Shown here one piece after another: positions 27,909 through 37,522 of a stretch of DNA of 64,000 bases (within the stretch, counting starts at the first letter, position 1; each line of letters opens with the position of its first letter). The translations under genes and the position numbers were made by a program. Source of the DNA: Bacteroidales bacterium (GTDB lineage Bacteria; Bacteroidota; Bacteroidia; Bacteroidales; F082); the NCBI GenBank assembly GCA_045633585.1, contig JAZQYR010000017.1:175716-239715 (forward strand), written 5' to 3'. The notes under the pieces were generated by a model. The model ran no database searches and had not been told where the DNA came from. It saw only the letters and a list, made by a program, of their open reading frames with translations.

Positions 27909-27992
27909 TGCCCATGAGAAGACTCGAACTTCCAAGAGCTTAAGCTCACTACACCCTGAATGTAGCGTGTTTACCAATTTCACCACATGGGC
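27909..27992 (-). tRNA. tRNA-Leu (anticodon CAG)
   Basis: Hand-folded cloverleaf. Acceptor GCCCATG/CATGGGC, anticodon arm CTACA-TTCAGGG-TGTAG, long variable arm GAGC-TTAA-GCTC, T-loop TTCGAGT. No encoded CCA. Confidence 0.9.
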
Positions 27993-28006
27993 TTTAAGCT
28001 TTTGAG

Positions 28007-28090
28007 TGCCCAGGACAAGAGTCGAACTTGCACGACGCATTCGTCACCACCCCCTCAAAGTGGCGTGTCTACCAATTTCACCACCTGGGC
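28007..28090 (-). tRNA. tRNA-Leu (anticodon GAG)
   Basis: Acceptor GCCCAGG/CCTGGGC, anticodon arm CCACT-TTGAGGG-GGTGG, long variable arm, T-loop TTCGACT. Confidence 0.9.
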
Positions 28091-28104
28091 TCTTAAAAAC
28101 GTTG

Positions 28105-28112
28105 CAAAGATA
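28105..28112 (-). promoter_or_regulatory. -7 promoter element TATCTTTG for the tRNA-Leu pair
   Basis: Exact TAnnTTTG, 14 nt upstream of the first tRNA 5' end. Confidence 0.6.
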
Positions 28113-28183
28113 CACTATTTTCCATTACGTACAACATCTCTGCAACATTTTTTTTATTTTTTTGTATATTTTTTTATAACATC

Positions 28184-29836
28184 TTAATACTTAATAAGTT
28201 TACTTGTTTGACTAATATTTTCTCCTATAAGCTTGACAAAATACACTCCACAATCAAGACTTGACAACAAAGCATTCAATTCCTTTACATCAGCACAATG
28301 ATTATCAAATGAATAAATCATCTTACCCATCACATCAAATACCTGTAAAGACATATTTCCGTCATAATTAATTGCCAAGTTCACATCTCCACCAGATGGA
28401 TTTGGGAAGATCGAAAAGAGCAATTTTTCATCAAAAATATCACAATCTTCCAAATTCAGCATGCCAAGAGCCTTTTCAAAATCAGGAATTCCATATCCAT
28501 GTTCACTATTTGGCGTCGAATAATTATCTGCAGATTCTTTTATGACTTTTCTTATTTCACTTTCAGATGCCATCGGCTTAGCTTGCCAGAAACACGCCAG
28601 CATGCCAGACATTGATGGTGCCGCAAAAGAAGTTCCGTTACCTTCATAGAATCCACCTCCAGGAGAGACCAAAGAAACAGCATAAGCGAAAGACATAACA
28701 TCTGGTTTTATTCTGCCATCATAAGTCGGACCTATTGAGCTGAAACTTGTCTTTTGGCCATCGGCCCTCACCCCTCCTACCGTCAGTACGTTTTTGCCGT
28801 CACCAGGTGCGCCAATATATGGGAACTGTGTATCGCCCTCATTACCGGCAGCTGCCACACACAATATACCTTTAGAACTTGCGATTTCAGAACCTATCGT
28901 TACTACACAAGTCTTTCCGTCAAAATCAGCATAATCATGCGTCATCTGCTCGTCATCAAAACTTATATAACCAAGAGACGTGCTAATAATGTCAATGCCA
29001 AGACTATCCAGATATTCTGCAGCTGAAACCCAGTTGTATTCCTCTATGATATTTTCAGTATTGACATTTTCCGTCCTGCACAAAAAATACGAAGCCTTCG
29101 GCGCGGTCCCAACATAAGTGTTCGGGATATAACCTGCCATAATACCAAGACACGCTGTTCCATGATGGTCGTCAGAATAAACGATACCATTTTTATACAC
29201 AAAATCGCGAGTGCCAAGGAGACGACCTTCGTCTCTCATATTTTGAAATGCATCATGAACATCAGCTCCCTGATAACCGCTATCACAAATGCCAATCCAA
29301 ACGCCTTCGCCCTGAAAGCCCATTTCATGCAACGAAACACCATTCAAAAGCTCAATCTGCGTCAACGCACTTCCATAATGATTACGAGCCATTTCCGTTA
29401 CAACAACACCTTCAACATTCGCTTCTTTCAAAAAGCTTCTTTCCTTAAGAATTTGCTTCAAAGGTTCATCTTGCAAAGCGCGAGTCTTCTCTACAAACGG
29501 AAGTTGAGCTATGGCATCTATAGCAGACATGTCATATGTTTCTACGCTCACACCATTCAACCATTTCGAAGGATTCAAAATAGTAACGCCCGTATTCTTA
29601 ACAGCTTCGATATAAGACGGATTAACTGGAATATCCTTCTCATCCAACGCTATACCATATTTAATACGTCTTTGTATAGCTCGCTCCCCAAGGAAATCTT
29701 CTGGTCTATCAATAGAATAAGGTGTATTATTTTTATCAGTAAACTGAATCCAGTATTTATCCGGAGCCACTTGAACTTGCGCCACCAATTCTACACCAAT
29801 AATTAATAATGTTATAAACACAAAAAATCTTCTCAT
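28184..29836 (-). CDS. Subtilisin-like S8 serine peptidase with T9SS C-terminal sorting domain
   Basis: Triad contexts ICDSGY (Asp), HGTACLG (His) and GTSFAAPS (Ser). Signal peptide and C-terminal FPNPSGGDVNLAI...GVYFVKL T9SS tail. TAAATTTG promoter match at 29857-29864. Confidence 0.9.
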   Translation of the reverse strand: MRRFFVFITLLIIGVELVAQVQVAPDKYWIQFTDKNNTPYSIDRPEDFLGERAIQRRIKYGIALDEKDIPVNPSYIEAVKNTGVTILNPSKWLNGVSVETYDMSAIDAIAQLPFVEKTRALQDEPLKQILKERSFLKEANVEGVVVTEMARNHYGSALTQIELLNGVSLHEMGFQGEGVWIGICDSGYQGADVHDAFQNMRDEGRLLGTRDFVYKNGIVYSDDHHGTACLGIMAGYIPNTYVGTAPKASYFLCRTENVNTENIIEEYNWVSAAEYLDSLGIDIISTSLGYISFDDEQMTHDYADFDGKTCVVTIGSEIASSKGILCVAAAGNEGDTQFPYIGAPGDGKNVLTVGGVRADGQKTSFSSIGPTYDGRIKPDVMSFAYAVSLVSPGGGFYEGNGTSFAAPSMSGMLACFWQAKPMASESEIRKVIKESADNYSTPNSEHGYGIPDFEKALGMLNLEDCDIFDEKLLFSIFPNPSGGDVNLAINYDGNMSLQVFDVMGKMIYSFDNHCADVKELNALLSSLDCGVYFVKLIGENISQTSKLIKY

Positions 29837-29956
29837 ATCGTCATTTTTATTTTTCGCAAATTTACAATCTTTACCTCAATCAATAAAGAATATTTTTCTT
29901 TTTGACAATAATTAACAAACGACATATTTTATTAATTTTGCAAAAAATAATTTGAG

Positions 29957-30661
29957 ATGAGAATTGACATTATCACAATTTTTCCGGAGATGTTCGAAGG
30001 ACCTTTTACCGAGTCCATTATTAAAAGGGCCATCCAAAAAGGTCACGTTGAAATTCACTTGCATAATTTAAGAGATTATAGCACCGACAAACACAAACGC
30101 GTCGATGATTATGCATTCTCTTCTGGAGCCGGAATGGTAATGATGATCGAGCCCGTCGACAACTGCATCAGCAAACTTAAGTCAGAAAGAGACTATGACG
30201 AAGTTATATATATGAGCCCTGACGGAGAATTGCTGACACAGCCACTCGCAAACCAGATGTCATTATATAATAATATCATCATTTTGTGCGGCCACTATAA
30301 AGGCATCGACGAACGCATAAGAGAACATCTCATCACAAAAGAAATCTCAATAGGAAACTATGTCTTATCTGGAGGAGAACTTGGCGCCGCTGTTTTAACA
30401 GACAGTTTAGTACGCTTGATTCCTGGCGTTTTGAGTGACGAAACTTCCGCTTTAAGCGACTCTTTTCAGAGCGGATTAGTATCCCCGCCCGTCTACACTA
30501 GACCTCGAGAATACAAAGGCTGGTCGGTCCCAGAAGTGCTATTATCTGGCAACGACTTGATTATCAACGAGTGGAAACTCAATAAAGCTATTGAAAGAAC
30601 CAAAGAAAGACGTCCAGAAATGTATGAAATATTGAAAAAAAATAATTCAAATAATTTGTAA
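29957..30661 (+). CDS. trmD: tRNA (guanine37-N1)-methyltransferase
   Basis: [22 protein letters not shown] and [11 protein letters not shown] motifs. TAATTTTG at 29933-29940 lies upstream. Confidence 0.95.
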   Translation: MRIDIITIFPEMFEGPFTESIIKRAIQKGHVEIHLHNLRDYSTDKHKRVDDYAFSSGAGMVMMIEPVDNCISKLKSERDYDEVIYMSPDGELLTQPLANQMSLYNNIIILCGHYKGIDERIREHLITKEISIGNYVLSGGELGAAVLTDSLVRLIPGVLSDETSALSDSFQSGLVSPPVYTRPREYKGWSVPEVLLSGNDLIINEWKLNKAIERTKERRPEMYEILKKNNSNNL

Positions 30662-30742
30662 TTCGTATGCAAAAAGTTTGTATATTTGCACACTTTTTTA
30701 CGGATAGGAATAAAGAACAAAAATTATATAATTATATCAGAA

Positions 30743-31102
30743 ATGAAGAACGCGTTAATTCAATTTGTTGAAGATCAAGTACAAGTTAAGGATTTTCCAC
30801 AGTTTAAAGCTGGTGATACAATCACTGTAACTTACAAAATCGTTGAAGGTAATAAAGAACGTTTACAAAAATTCCAAGGCGTAGTTTTACAACGCGCTAG
30901 CGAAGGTTCACATGCAACTTTCACAGTTAGAAAGATTTCAGGTAACGTTGGTGTAGAAAGAATTTTCCCTATCTCTTCTCCTATGATCGAAAGCATCGAA
31001 AAGAACAAAGAAGGTGCTGTTAGAAGAGCTCGTATCTACTACCTCAGAGGTTTACGTGGTAAAAAAGCTAGAATTAAAGAAGCAGCTCGTAAAAGCAAAT
31101 AA
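30743..31102 (+). CDS. rplS: 50S ribosomal protein L19
   Basis: MKNALIQFVEDQ... FQGVVLQRASEGSHATFTVRK... start at the ATG at 30743 (the ORF-track extension to 30686 is not conserved-looking). TATATTTG at 30681-30688. Confidence 0.95.
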   Translation: MKNALIQFVEDQVQVKDFPQFKAGDTITVTYKIVEGNKERLQKFQGVVLQRASEGSHATFTVRKISGNVGVERIFPISSPMIESIEKNKEGAVRRARIYYLRGLRGKKARIKEAARKSK

Positions 31103-31120
31103 TAAAACTTCTTTAACTAT

Positions 31121-31157
31121 AAAAAAACAGCGTGAAATTTCACGCTGTTTTTTTTTA
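31121..31157. terminator. Bidirectional intrinsic terminator (A7, ACAGCGTGA/TCACGCTGT, T9)
   Basis: 9-bp stem between convergent rplS and the methyltransferase gene. The T-run overlaps the stop codon of the minus-strand gene. Confidence 0.85.
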
Positions 31158-31886
31158 TAACCTCTGTCTTACAACTTCAAAGCAGACAATACCAGTCGCA
31201 ACAGAAACATTCAACGAATCTATATCACCAGGCATCGGAATTAAAAGATGTTCGTCAGAACGTTTCAGATAAGCCTCGCTGATACCGTCTTCCTCAGAAC
31301 CCATCATAATTGCAATAGGTCCCTTCATATCAGATTCCCAAATATTCTTACGGCCTTTTTCTGAAATTGAAACAACCTTAACACCGCTGCTCTTCAAGAA
31401 ATCAATTGTATCTTTAACATTTTCAACACGACAAACATTGATATTTGACAATGCGCCAGCTGAAGTCTTCATCGCATCACCATTAATTAATGCAGAACCT
31501 CGCGAAGGAATAACGATAGCATCGACGCCAGCCGCATAACAAGTACGAGCAATAGCACCAAAATTACGAACATCAGTAACTCTATCTAAAATAACGATAA
31601 AAGGCATTTTTCCTTCATCATAAACCATAGGAACAACCTCTTCAATAAGTTGATAAGAAATTGGACACACAAAAGCTACAACACCTTGATGGTTCTTTCT
31701 TGTCAGACGATTCAGTTTTTCCAACGGGACATATTGAACAGGAATATTATGCGTGCGTGCATAATGGACTATCTCCGAAATCTGAGGTGAACGCAAACCA
31801 GTCTGCACGAAAATTTTCTCAATCTCTTTCTCAGCCTTAATCAATTCCTCCACCGGATGAAGTCCAAAAAACATATTATTATCCAT
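31155..31886 (-). CDS. SpoU/TrmH-family RNA 2'-O-methyltransferase (RlmB-like)
   Basis: LDRVTDVRNFGAIARTC, MGSEEDGIS and IPMPGDIDSLNVSVATGI motifs. 243 aa. Confidence 0.85.
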   Translation of the reverse strand: MDNNMFFGLHPVEELIKAEKEIEKIFVQTGLRSPQISEIVHYARTHNIPVQYVPLEKLNRLTRKNHQGVVAFVCPISYQLIEEVVPMVYDEGKMPFIVILDRVTDVRNFGAIARTCYAAGVDAIVIPSRGSALINGDAMKTSAGALSNINVCRVENVKDTIDFLKSSGVKVVSISEKGRKNIWESDMKGPIAIMMGSEEDGISEAYLKRSDEHLLIPMPGDIDSLNVSVATGIVCFEVVRQRL

Positions 31887-32058
31887 ATACCTTATTTATT
31901 AATTTCAAACGTACAAAAATAATAATTAAAACTCATTTTTCACAATAAAAATAGTACATCATTTAAAAAGTTTTTGCTAAATTGCAACGCTATTTGCTAT
32001 ATATTCAACTAGCACAAAACCAATAGTAACACATTAACAAACATTAATAATTATTTTT

Positions 32059-32958
32059 ATGAAGAAACTATTACTTTCATTAACAATGGTGCTTTTTGCA
32101 TCACAAATGGTTTTAGCACAAGATGCAGACCCAAAGAAATGGAATCACGGCGGTTTCATTGGCTTTAACATTTCACAAAGCCACTTCTCAAACTGGACAG
32201 CTGGCGGACAAGACAATGTTAACGGCCTTGGAACATTCAAGTACAACATGAATTATTCAAAAGGTAAGTCAAAGTGGGACAACACATTAGATTTAGCTTT
32301 AGGTTACAGTTACTATGACTTAGATCAAAAACCATTAAAAACAGATGACCGTATCAACTTAAGTTCTTTGTATGGTTACGATGTTGTTAAAGATGAATTA
32401 TACATCACTGCAAACCTCAATTTCCAATCACAATTTGCAAACGGTTACAATTATGCAGACGACAGCACAACAAGAATTTCTGGATTCCTCGCTCCTGCTT
32501 ACCTCACTGTAGGTCTTGGTGCTCAGTACACTCCAGCGAAATGGTTCTCATTGAACCTTGCTCCTGCTTCAGGCAGATTAACAATAGTCAACGATAAAGA
32601 TTTGTCAGACGCTGGTGCATTCGGTGTTACACCAGGTAAAATGTTCCGTATGGAACTTGGTGCTCAGCTAACTGCAAACGTCAACTACGAAATCTTCAAA
32701 AACGTCACATTCACTTCAAAACTCATCGTTTTCTACGACTATATGCAAACAAGAGATTTGAATGCCAATGGCCAAAAATACGGTTGCCGTCTTGACTTCG
32801 ACTGGGACAACGCTTTAGTCATGAAAATCAACAGCTGGTTAAACTGCAACGTTTCAGCACGTTTAGTTTATGATGAAGACATCAAACCTATCGAAGGAGA
32901 ATCATTCTTACAATTCAAAGAAGTTCTCAGCATAGGTTTATCTTACAATATTCCTTGA
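32059..32958 (+). CDS. DUF3078-like outer-membrane protein (paralog at 45208-46347)
   Basis: Signal peptide and an NWTAGG motif. Shares FANGYNYADDS...ISGFLAPAYLTVGLGAQY with the paralog (FTNGYSYPNDS...ISKFFAPAYLNLSAGYNY). Confidence 0.7.
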   Translation: MKKLLLSLTMVLFASQMVLAQDADPKKWNHGGFIGFNISQSHFSNWTAGGQDNVNGLGTFKYNMNYSKGKSKWDNTLDLALGYSYYDLDQKPLKTDDRINLSSLYGYDVVKDELYITANLNFQSQFANGYNYADDSTTRISGFLAPAYLTVGLGAQYTPAKWFSLNLAPASGRLTIVNDKDLSDAGAFGVTPGKMFRMELGAQLTANVNYEIFKNVTFTSKLIVFYDYMQTRDLNANGQKYGCRLDFDWDNALVMKINSWLNCNVSARLVYDEDIKPIEGESFLQFKEVLSIGLSYNIP

Positions 32959-32960
32959 TC

Positions 32961-33455
32961 ATGACGAAAATCGGTTTGTTATCAGACACACACGGTTGGA
33001 TCAATCCTAACATCTATGAGTTCTTCAAGGACTGTGACGAAATATGGCATGCTGGCGACATAGGCAACGATGATGTTACAATAGAATTAGCAGCCTTCAA
33101 AAAACTCAGAGCAGTTTACGGAAACATTGACGACTGGGGCATACGAACCGATTTTCCACAATTTCAGATATTTACTATTGAAGGAGTTAAAGTAGTAATG
33201 ACACACATTGGAGGTTATCCAAACGCATACGCACCTGGCATTAAGCAACTGCTTTTAGACGAAAAACCGGACATTTTCATCAGCGGACACTCTCACATTC
33301 TTAAAGTCATGCGCGATCAGCAATTAGGATTGCTGCATTTAAATCCAGGAGCTGCGGGATTGAAAGGCTTCCATAAAAAAGTTACGATGCTAAGATTCCA
33401 AATAGACGGCAAAGAAATAAGCAATATGGAAATTTACGATGCCGACAAATACTAA
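32961..33455 (+). CDS. YfcE/MJ0936-type metallophosphoesterase
   Basis: LSDTHG, HAGDIGND and SGHSH motifs. The ATG at 32961 is 2 nt after the upstream stop (the track start at 32955 is TTG). Confidence 0.85.
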   Translation: MTKIGLLSDTHGWINPNIYEFFKDCDEIWHAGDIGNDDVTIELAAFKKLRAVYGNIDDWGIRTDFPQFQIFTIEGVKVVMTHIGGYPNAYAPGIKQLLLDEKPDIFISGHSHILKVMRDQQLGLLHLNPGAAGLKGFHKKVTMLRFQIDGKEISNMEIYDADKY

Positions 33456-33456
33456 C

Positions 33457-33490
33457 AAAAAAGCTGCGAGAAAAATCGCAGCTTTTTTTT
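33457..33490. terminator. Bidirectional intrinsic terminator (A6, GCTGCGA/TCGCAGC, T8)
   Basis: 7-bp stem between the convergent genes ending at 33455 and 33504. Confidence 0.8.
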
Positions 33491-33503
33491 GTTTTCTTCA
33501 ATA

Positions 33504-33947
33504 TCAACGTAAACGATCTACAGACTTAATCAATTCAATGTCTTTTCTAATCCATCGCATAGCCAAAACTGACAACACCATATTAATTAATGGTATATAT
33601 GTTCCAAATGCATAAGTAACAGCATCTACTGACAATTTATCCTGGATATTATCAACGTAGAACAAGAAAATCAATCCACAGAAAAGAGCGTTCAAAAACA
33701 CATTCAACGAAGACAACTTCAATTGGAGTTCTCTTTTCTTATATAAGAATATAGTTACAAATGGAATAAGCAGCATCAATATAGCCAATATCAAAAGCGG
33801 CAATGCATTAACGTGATTTTCCACACCAAATATAGACAATCTTACAATCTCATCACCAAAGTTAAAAGATGCAATAGGAACAAAAAATAAAATGCCTGCC
33901 AAAACAGCTGACAAAAAAAGGAATACTGTTTGAATTCGTTGTATCAT
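33504..33947 (-). CDS. DUF4293-like integral membrane protein
   Basis: MIQRIQTVFLFL N-terminus and four predicted TM helices. 147 aa. Confidence 0.65.
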   Translation of the reverse strand: MIQRIQTVFLFLSAVLAGILFFVPIASFNFGDEIVRLSIFGVENHVNALPLLILAILMLLIPFVTIFLYKKRELQLKLSSLNVFLNALFCGLIFLFYVDNIQDKLSVDAVTYAFGTYIPLINMVLSVLAMRWIRKDIELIKSVDRLR

Positions 33948-34051
33948 AATATTAGATTTTATTTATTTTCTGCAAATATAACGATAAGATTCTAACGAAA
34001 TTATTTTTTTAAAAAATATTTAAAACCATATGATTTTTCAACATTTTATAT

Positions 34052-34059
34052 TATCTTTG
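34052..34059 (+). promoter_or_regulatory. -7 promoter element TATCTTTG for rho
   Basis: Exact TAnnTTTG, 83 nt upstream of the rho ATG. Confidence 0.55.
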
Positions 34060-34141
34060 CAGAACATTTGAACAAACACCTATTGTTATTGTTATTAAAA
34101 GTGAGATAATTCCATCTCACTGTATTTCAAAATAAAATTCT

Positions 34142-36028
34142 ATGTACGACATTTACAAACTAAACGAAAAATCGTTAGTTGAACTAAAAGAAATTGCACT
34201 CAAATTAGGCATTGAAAACGTCAATATTTCTAAGGAAGAACTGGTCTACAGCATTATCGACCATCAAGCAGTCCATCCTGATATTATTAAAGAAATAAAA
34301 AGTAATGATAATAAAGCTGTTACAGAAAAACCTAAAAGAGGCAAGAAAGTAGCAACATCCAGACCTGACAAGAAGGAAAATGCTGAACTTTTAGCAAGTA
34401 AAGAAGTTACAACTAACAAGACTGAAACTACTGACAATCAAGACAGTTTAACAACATCTGAAACAAGGCCAAAACGCGAAAAGCGTCCAAGAATAGGCAA
34501 AAGAACTGATGTCGTTAAAACAACCATTAACAATAATGACGAACAAGACAAGGTTCAACATGTATCTTATGTAAAACCAGAAAGTTCAGAAACCAAAGAA
34601 GTCAACGACAATACCAAAACTGAAACAATAACAAAGGAAGAGATAATTTCTGTCGTTGAAGAAAAAACTGAAGTCTACGAAACCAAAAGAAAAAGAACCA
34701 ACAAAGTTGGCAAAAGAAAAGAATCAAATAAGAATAATGAAACTTCAACAATTAATGAAGTTGTTGAAATAACAGATACTGCAGCAGTTTCTGATTCTGA
34801 CGTTGTTGAAACATCTGAAAACGTAGATATCATCGAATCTGCTAACAAGAATGAAAAATCCGAATCTGAGAGAACAAATCATCAAAGAAAAGAAGAAATC
34901 GTTTCTGAATTCGACGCCGTTGTTAATGCAGAAGGCGTATTGGAAATAATGCCTGACGGCTATGGTTTCTTACGCTCATCGGATTACAACTACCTCAACT
35001 CACCAGATGATGTTTATGTATCTCAATCACAAATAAAATTATTCGGTCTTAAAACAGGCGATAGCATACAAGGTGTTATCCGTCCTCCTAAGTCCGGAGA
35101 GAAGTATTTTCCACTCATCAAAGTCAATAAAATCAACGGATTGACTCCAGAACAAGTAAGAGACCGTATCCCATTTGATTTTCTTACACCTTTATTCCCA
35201 ACAGAAAAATTCAACCTCACTGGTCATAAAGGAAGTTCTGTTTCTACAAGAATTATGGACCTCTTCGCTCCTATCGGAAAAGGTCAGCGTGGTTTGATCG
35301 TTGCCCAACCAAAAACCGGTAAGACTGTATTACTCAAGGAAGTCGCAAATGCTATTGCTGCAAATCACCCTGAAGTTTACCTTATCATATTATTGATTGA
35401 CGAACGTCCAGAAGAAGTCACTGATATGGCACGCAGCGTTAACGCAGAAGTCATTTCTTCAACATTCGATGAACCTGCAGAAAAACACGTCAAGATTGCT
35501 AATATCGTTTTGGAAAAAGCAAAACGTCTCACAGAATGCGGTCACGATGTCGTAATCTTGCTCGATTCTATTACACGTCTTGCTCGTGCATTCAACACTG
35601 TATCACCAGCTTCTGGCAAAGTTCTCTCTGGCGGTGTTGAAGCTAACGCACTACAAAAGCCAAAACGCTTCTTCGGTGCTGCTCGTAACATAGAAAACGG
35701 AGGATCACTCACAATTCTTGCTACTGCATTGATTGACACTGGCTCTAAGATGGACGAAGTTATCTTCGAAGAATTCAAGGGTACAGGTAACATGGAGCTC
35801 CAACTCGACCGTCGTCTTTCTAACAAACGCATCTACCCTGCTATCGACATCGTTGCTTCTGGTACACGCCGTGACGACTTACTCGTTGACGAACGCACTT
35901 TAGCAAGAGTTTGGGCACTCAGAAACCACTTCGCAGATATGACACCTGTAGAAGCAATGGAATTCCTTAAAGACAGAATCTCAAAGACTTATTCAAACGA
36001 CGAGTTCTTGGCAACAATCGATAAATAA
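34142..36028 (+). CDS. rho: Transcription termination factor Rho with ~210-aa low-complexity N-terminal insertion
   Basis: [18 protein letters not shown]-binding domain, Walker A AQPKTGKT and [10 protein letters not shown]. 628 aa versus about 420 for a minimal Rho. Confidence 0.95.
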   Translation: MYDIYKLNEKSLVELKEIALKLGIENVNISKEELVYSIIDHQAVHPDIIKEIKSNDNKAVTEKPKRGKKVATSRPDKKENAELLASKEVTTNKTETTDNQDSLTTSETRPKREKRPRIGKRTDVVKTTINNNDEQDKVQHVSYVKPESSETKEVNDNTKTETITKEEIISVVEEKTEVYETKRKRTNKVGKRKESNKNNETSTINEVVEITDTAAVSDSDVVETSENVDIIESANKNEKSESERTNHQRKEEIVSEFDAVVNAEGVLEIMPDGYGFLRSSDYNYLNSPDDVYVSQSQIKLFGLKTGDSIQGVIRPPKSGEKYFPLIKVNKINGLTPEQVRDRIPFDFLTPLFPTEKFNLTGHKGSSVSTRIMDLFAPIGKGQRGLIVAQPKTGKTVLLKEVANAIAANHPEVYLIILLIDERPEEVTDMARSVNAEVISSTFDEPAEKHVKIANIVLEKAKRLTECGHDVVILLDSITRLARAFNTVSPASGKVLSGGVEANALQKPKRFFGAARNIENGGSLTILATALIDTGSKMDEVIFEEFKGTGNMELQLDRRLSNKRIYPAIDIVASGTRRDDLLVDERTLARVWALRNHFADMTPVEAMEFLKDRISKTYSNDEFLATIDK

Positions 36029-36062
36029 AAAAAAGACAGCTTACTGTAAGCTGTCTTTTTTT
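36027..36062. terminator. Bidirectional intrinsic terminator (A8, AGACAGCTTA/TAAGCTGTCT, T7)
   Basis: 10-bp stem between convergent rho and mpl. Confidence 0.85.
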
Positions 36063-36076
36063 ATAACTATAAATTG

Positions 36077-37435
36077 TCAATTGTACATTGTTAGCAAATC
36101 ATCTTTCGTCAATCCATTGAAATCACCGGAGCTCATAAAACCACCAACAACATTTTCTTTTGGAAGACCTTCAAGGATATTCATCAGTTCTGCCTTAGAA
36201 TGAACCACTTGAATATCTTTTCTTGCAAAACCTTCAACTATTCTTTCATCAGACATCAACTCTAACTTCTTGACTGCTACGGCATGCGGATCGTAGAAAA
36301 CAATAGCCTTATCGCAATTATCCAGGCAATGCTCATAATGATTGATAAAGACTTCACTCAAACTGCTATAAGTATGTAACTCAAACACAACAATCAAACA
36401 TCTTTCTTTATATTGCTCACGCAAAGCCCTTACCGTTGCAACGACCTTTGATGGAGCATGAGCGAAATCTCTAAATATAAGAGCATTATGGTCTTTATTT
36501 TCGAACAATAACTCAAGACGACGTGCTGCGCCTTTGAAAGAAGCAATCGCTTCATAGAAGACATTATCTGCAATTCCAATCTGCTTACAAACATTATATG
36601 CAGCATTGATATTCTTCATATTATGTTCGCCGAATATCTGCACTTTAATTTTTTTATCATTAAAAATAAGATAAACATCTTCACCGTCGATGACATATTG
36701 GTGAGTTTCATATCCATAGACAGGCGCTTTGGAATTAGCTGCTATCTTCCTTGCTTCTAAATCATTATTGTCAAATATCAGGCAGCCGCCATTTTCAATA
36801 GTATCAACATAAATTCTAAATTGTTCCAAATAAGAATTGAATGTCGGAAAAACATTGACATGATCCCATCCTATTCCGCTAATAACAGCTATATGAGGAT
36901 GATACTTATGAAACTTAGGTACTCTGTCTATTGGAGATGTCAGATATTCATCGCCTTCTATTACCATATATTTTGCCGATTCGCTAAGACGCACCATCAC
37001 ATCGAAACCTTCTAGCTGAGCACCGACCATGAAGTCAGTCTCAACTCCTGCATGTTTCATAACATGTAAAATCATTGATGTGATAGTAGTTTTACCATGA
37101 CTTCCCCCAATTACGATTCTGGTTTTATCCTTACTTTGTTCATACAGATATTCCGGATAAGAATATACTTTCAAGCCGAGTTCCTGTGCACGAATAAGTT
37201 CAGGATTATCGATACGAGCATGCATACCAAGAATAACTGACTCATAAGATTCATCCAATTTTTCAGGATGCCATCCTAGTTCTTCTGGCAATATACCTTC
37301 ATTCTTCAATCGTGTTCTTGAAGGTTCAAAGATCTCATCATCAGAACCTGTCACTTCGTAACCTTTTCTATGTAAAGCGATGGCGAGGTTGTGCATCGCA
37401 CTTCCACCTATAGCAATAAAATGAACTTTCTTCAT
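36077..37435 (-). CDS. mpl: UDP-N-acetylmuramate:L-alanyl-gamma-D-glutamyl-meso-DAP ligase (murein peptide ligase)
   Basis: HFIAIGGSAMHNLAIALHRKGYEVTGSD N-terminus and GSHGKTT P-loop. 452 aa. Confidence 0.85.
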   Translation of the reverse strand: MKKVHFIAIGGSAMHNLAIALHRKGYEVTGSDDEIFEPSRTRLKNEGILPEELGWHPEKLDESYESVILGMHARIDNPELIRAQELGLKVYSYPEYLYEQSKDKTRIVIGGSHGKTTITSMILHVMKHAGVETDFMVGAQLEGFDVMVRLSESAKYMVIEGDEYLTSPIDRVPKFHKYHPHIAVISGIGWDHVNVFPTFNSYLEQFRIYVDTIENGGCLIFDNNDLEARKIAANSKAPVYGYETHQYVIDGEDVYLIFNDKKIKVQIFGEHNMKNINAAYNVCKQIGIADNVFYEAIASFKGAARRLELLFENKDHNALIFRDFAHAPSKVVATVRALREQYKERCLIVVFELHTYSSLSEVFINHYEHCLDNCDKAIVFYDPHAVAVKKLELMSDERIVEGFARKDIQVVHSKAELMNILEGLPKENVVGGFMSSGDFNGLTKDDLLTMYN

Positions 37436-37466
37436 ATCTGTAATAATTTATCGGAAATGCAAATAT

Positions 37467-37499
37467 AAAAAAAAGACGCCATAAATTTATGACGTCTTT
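37467..37499 (-). terminator. Intrinsic terminator of the 37523-39169 gene
   Basis: Near-palindrome AAGACGCCATAAA/TTTATGACGTCTT followed on the minus strand by T8. Confidence 0.7.
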
Positions 37500-37522
37500 A
37501 AATCTTATTATTGTGTTATATA

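Noticed and set aside
24417-27992. Low-GC islet next to the tRNA-Leu genes as evidence of horizontal transfer
   Set aside because: Spot counts give about 28-30% G+C for the TPR gene and 22-38% for the GT4 gene. The AddA-like gene looks similarly AT-rich by eye, so low GC does not distinguish this block, and no integrase or att-like tRNA fragment was seen.
27869-28187. N-terminal 27 codons of ORF 26813-27949 and the plus-strand ORF 27987-28187
   Set aside because: Both overlap the two tRNA-Leu genes. The glycosyltransferase has a good internal ATG at 27868, and the 66-aa ORF is antisense to the tRNAs.
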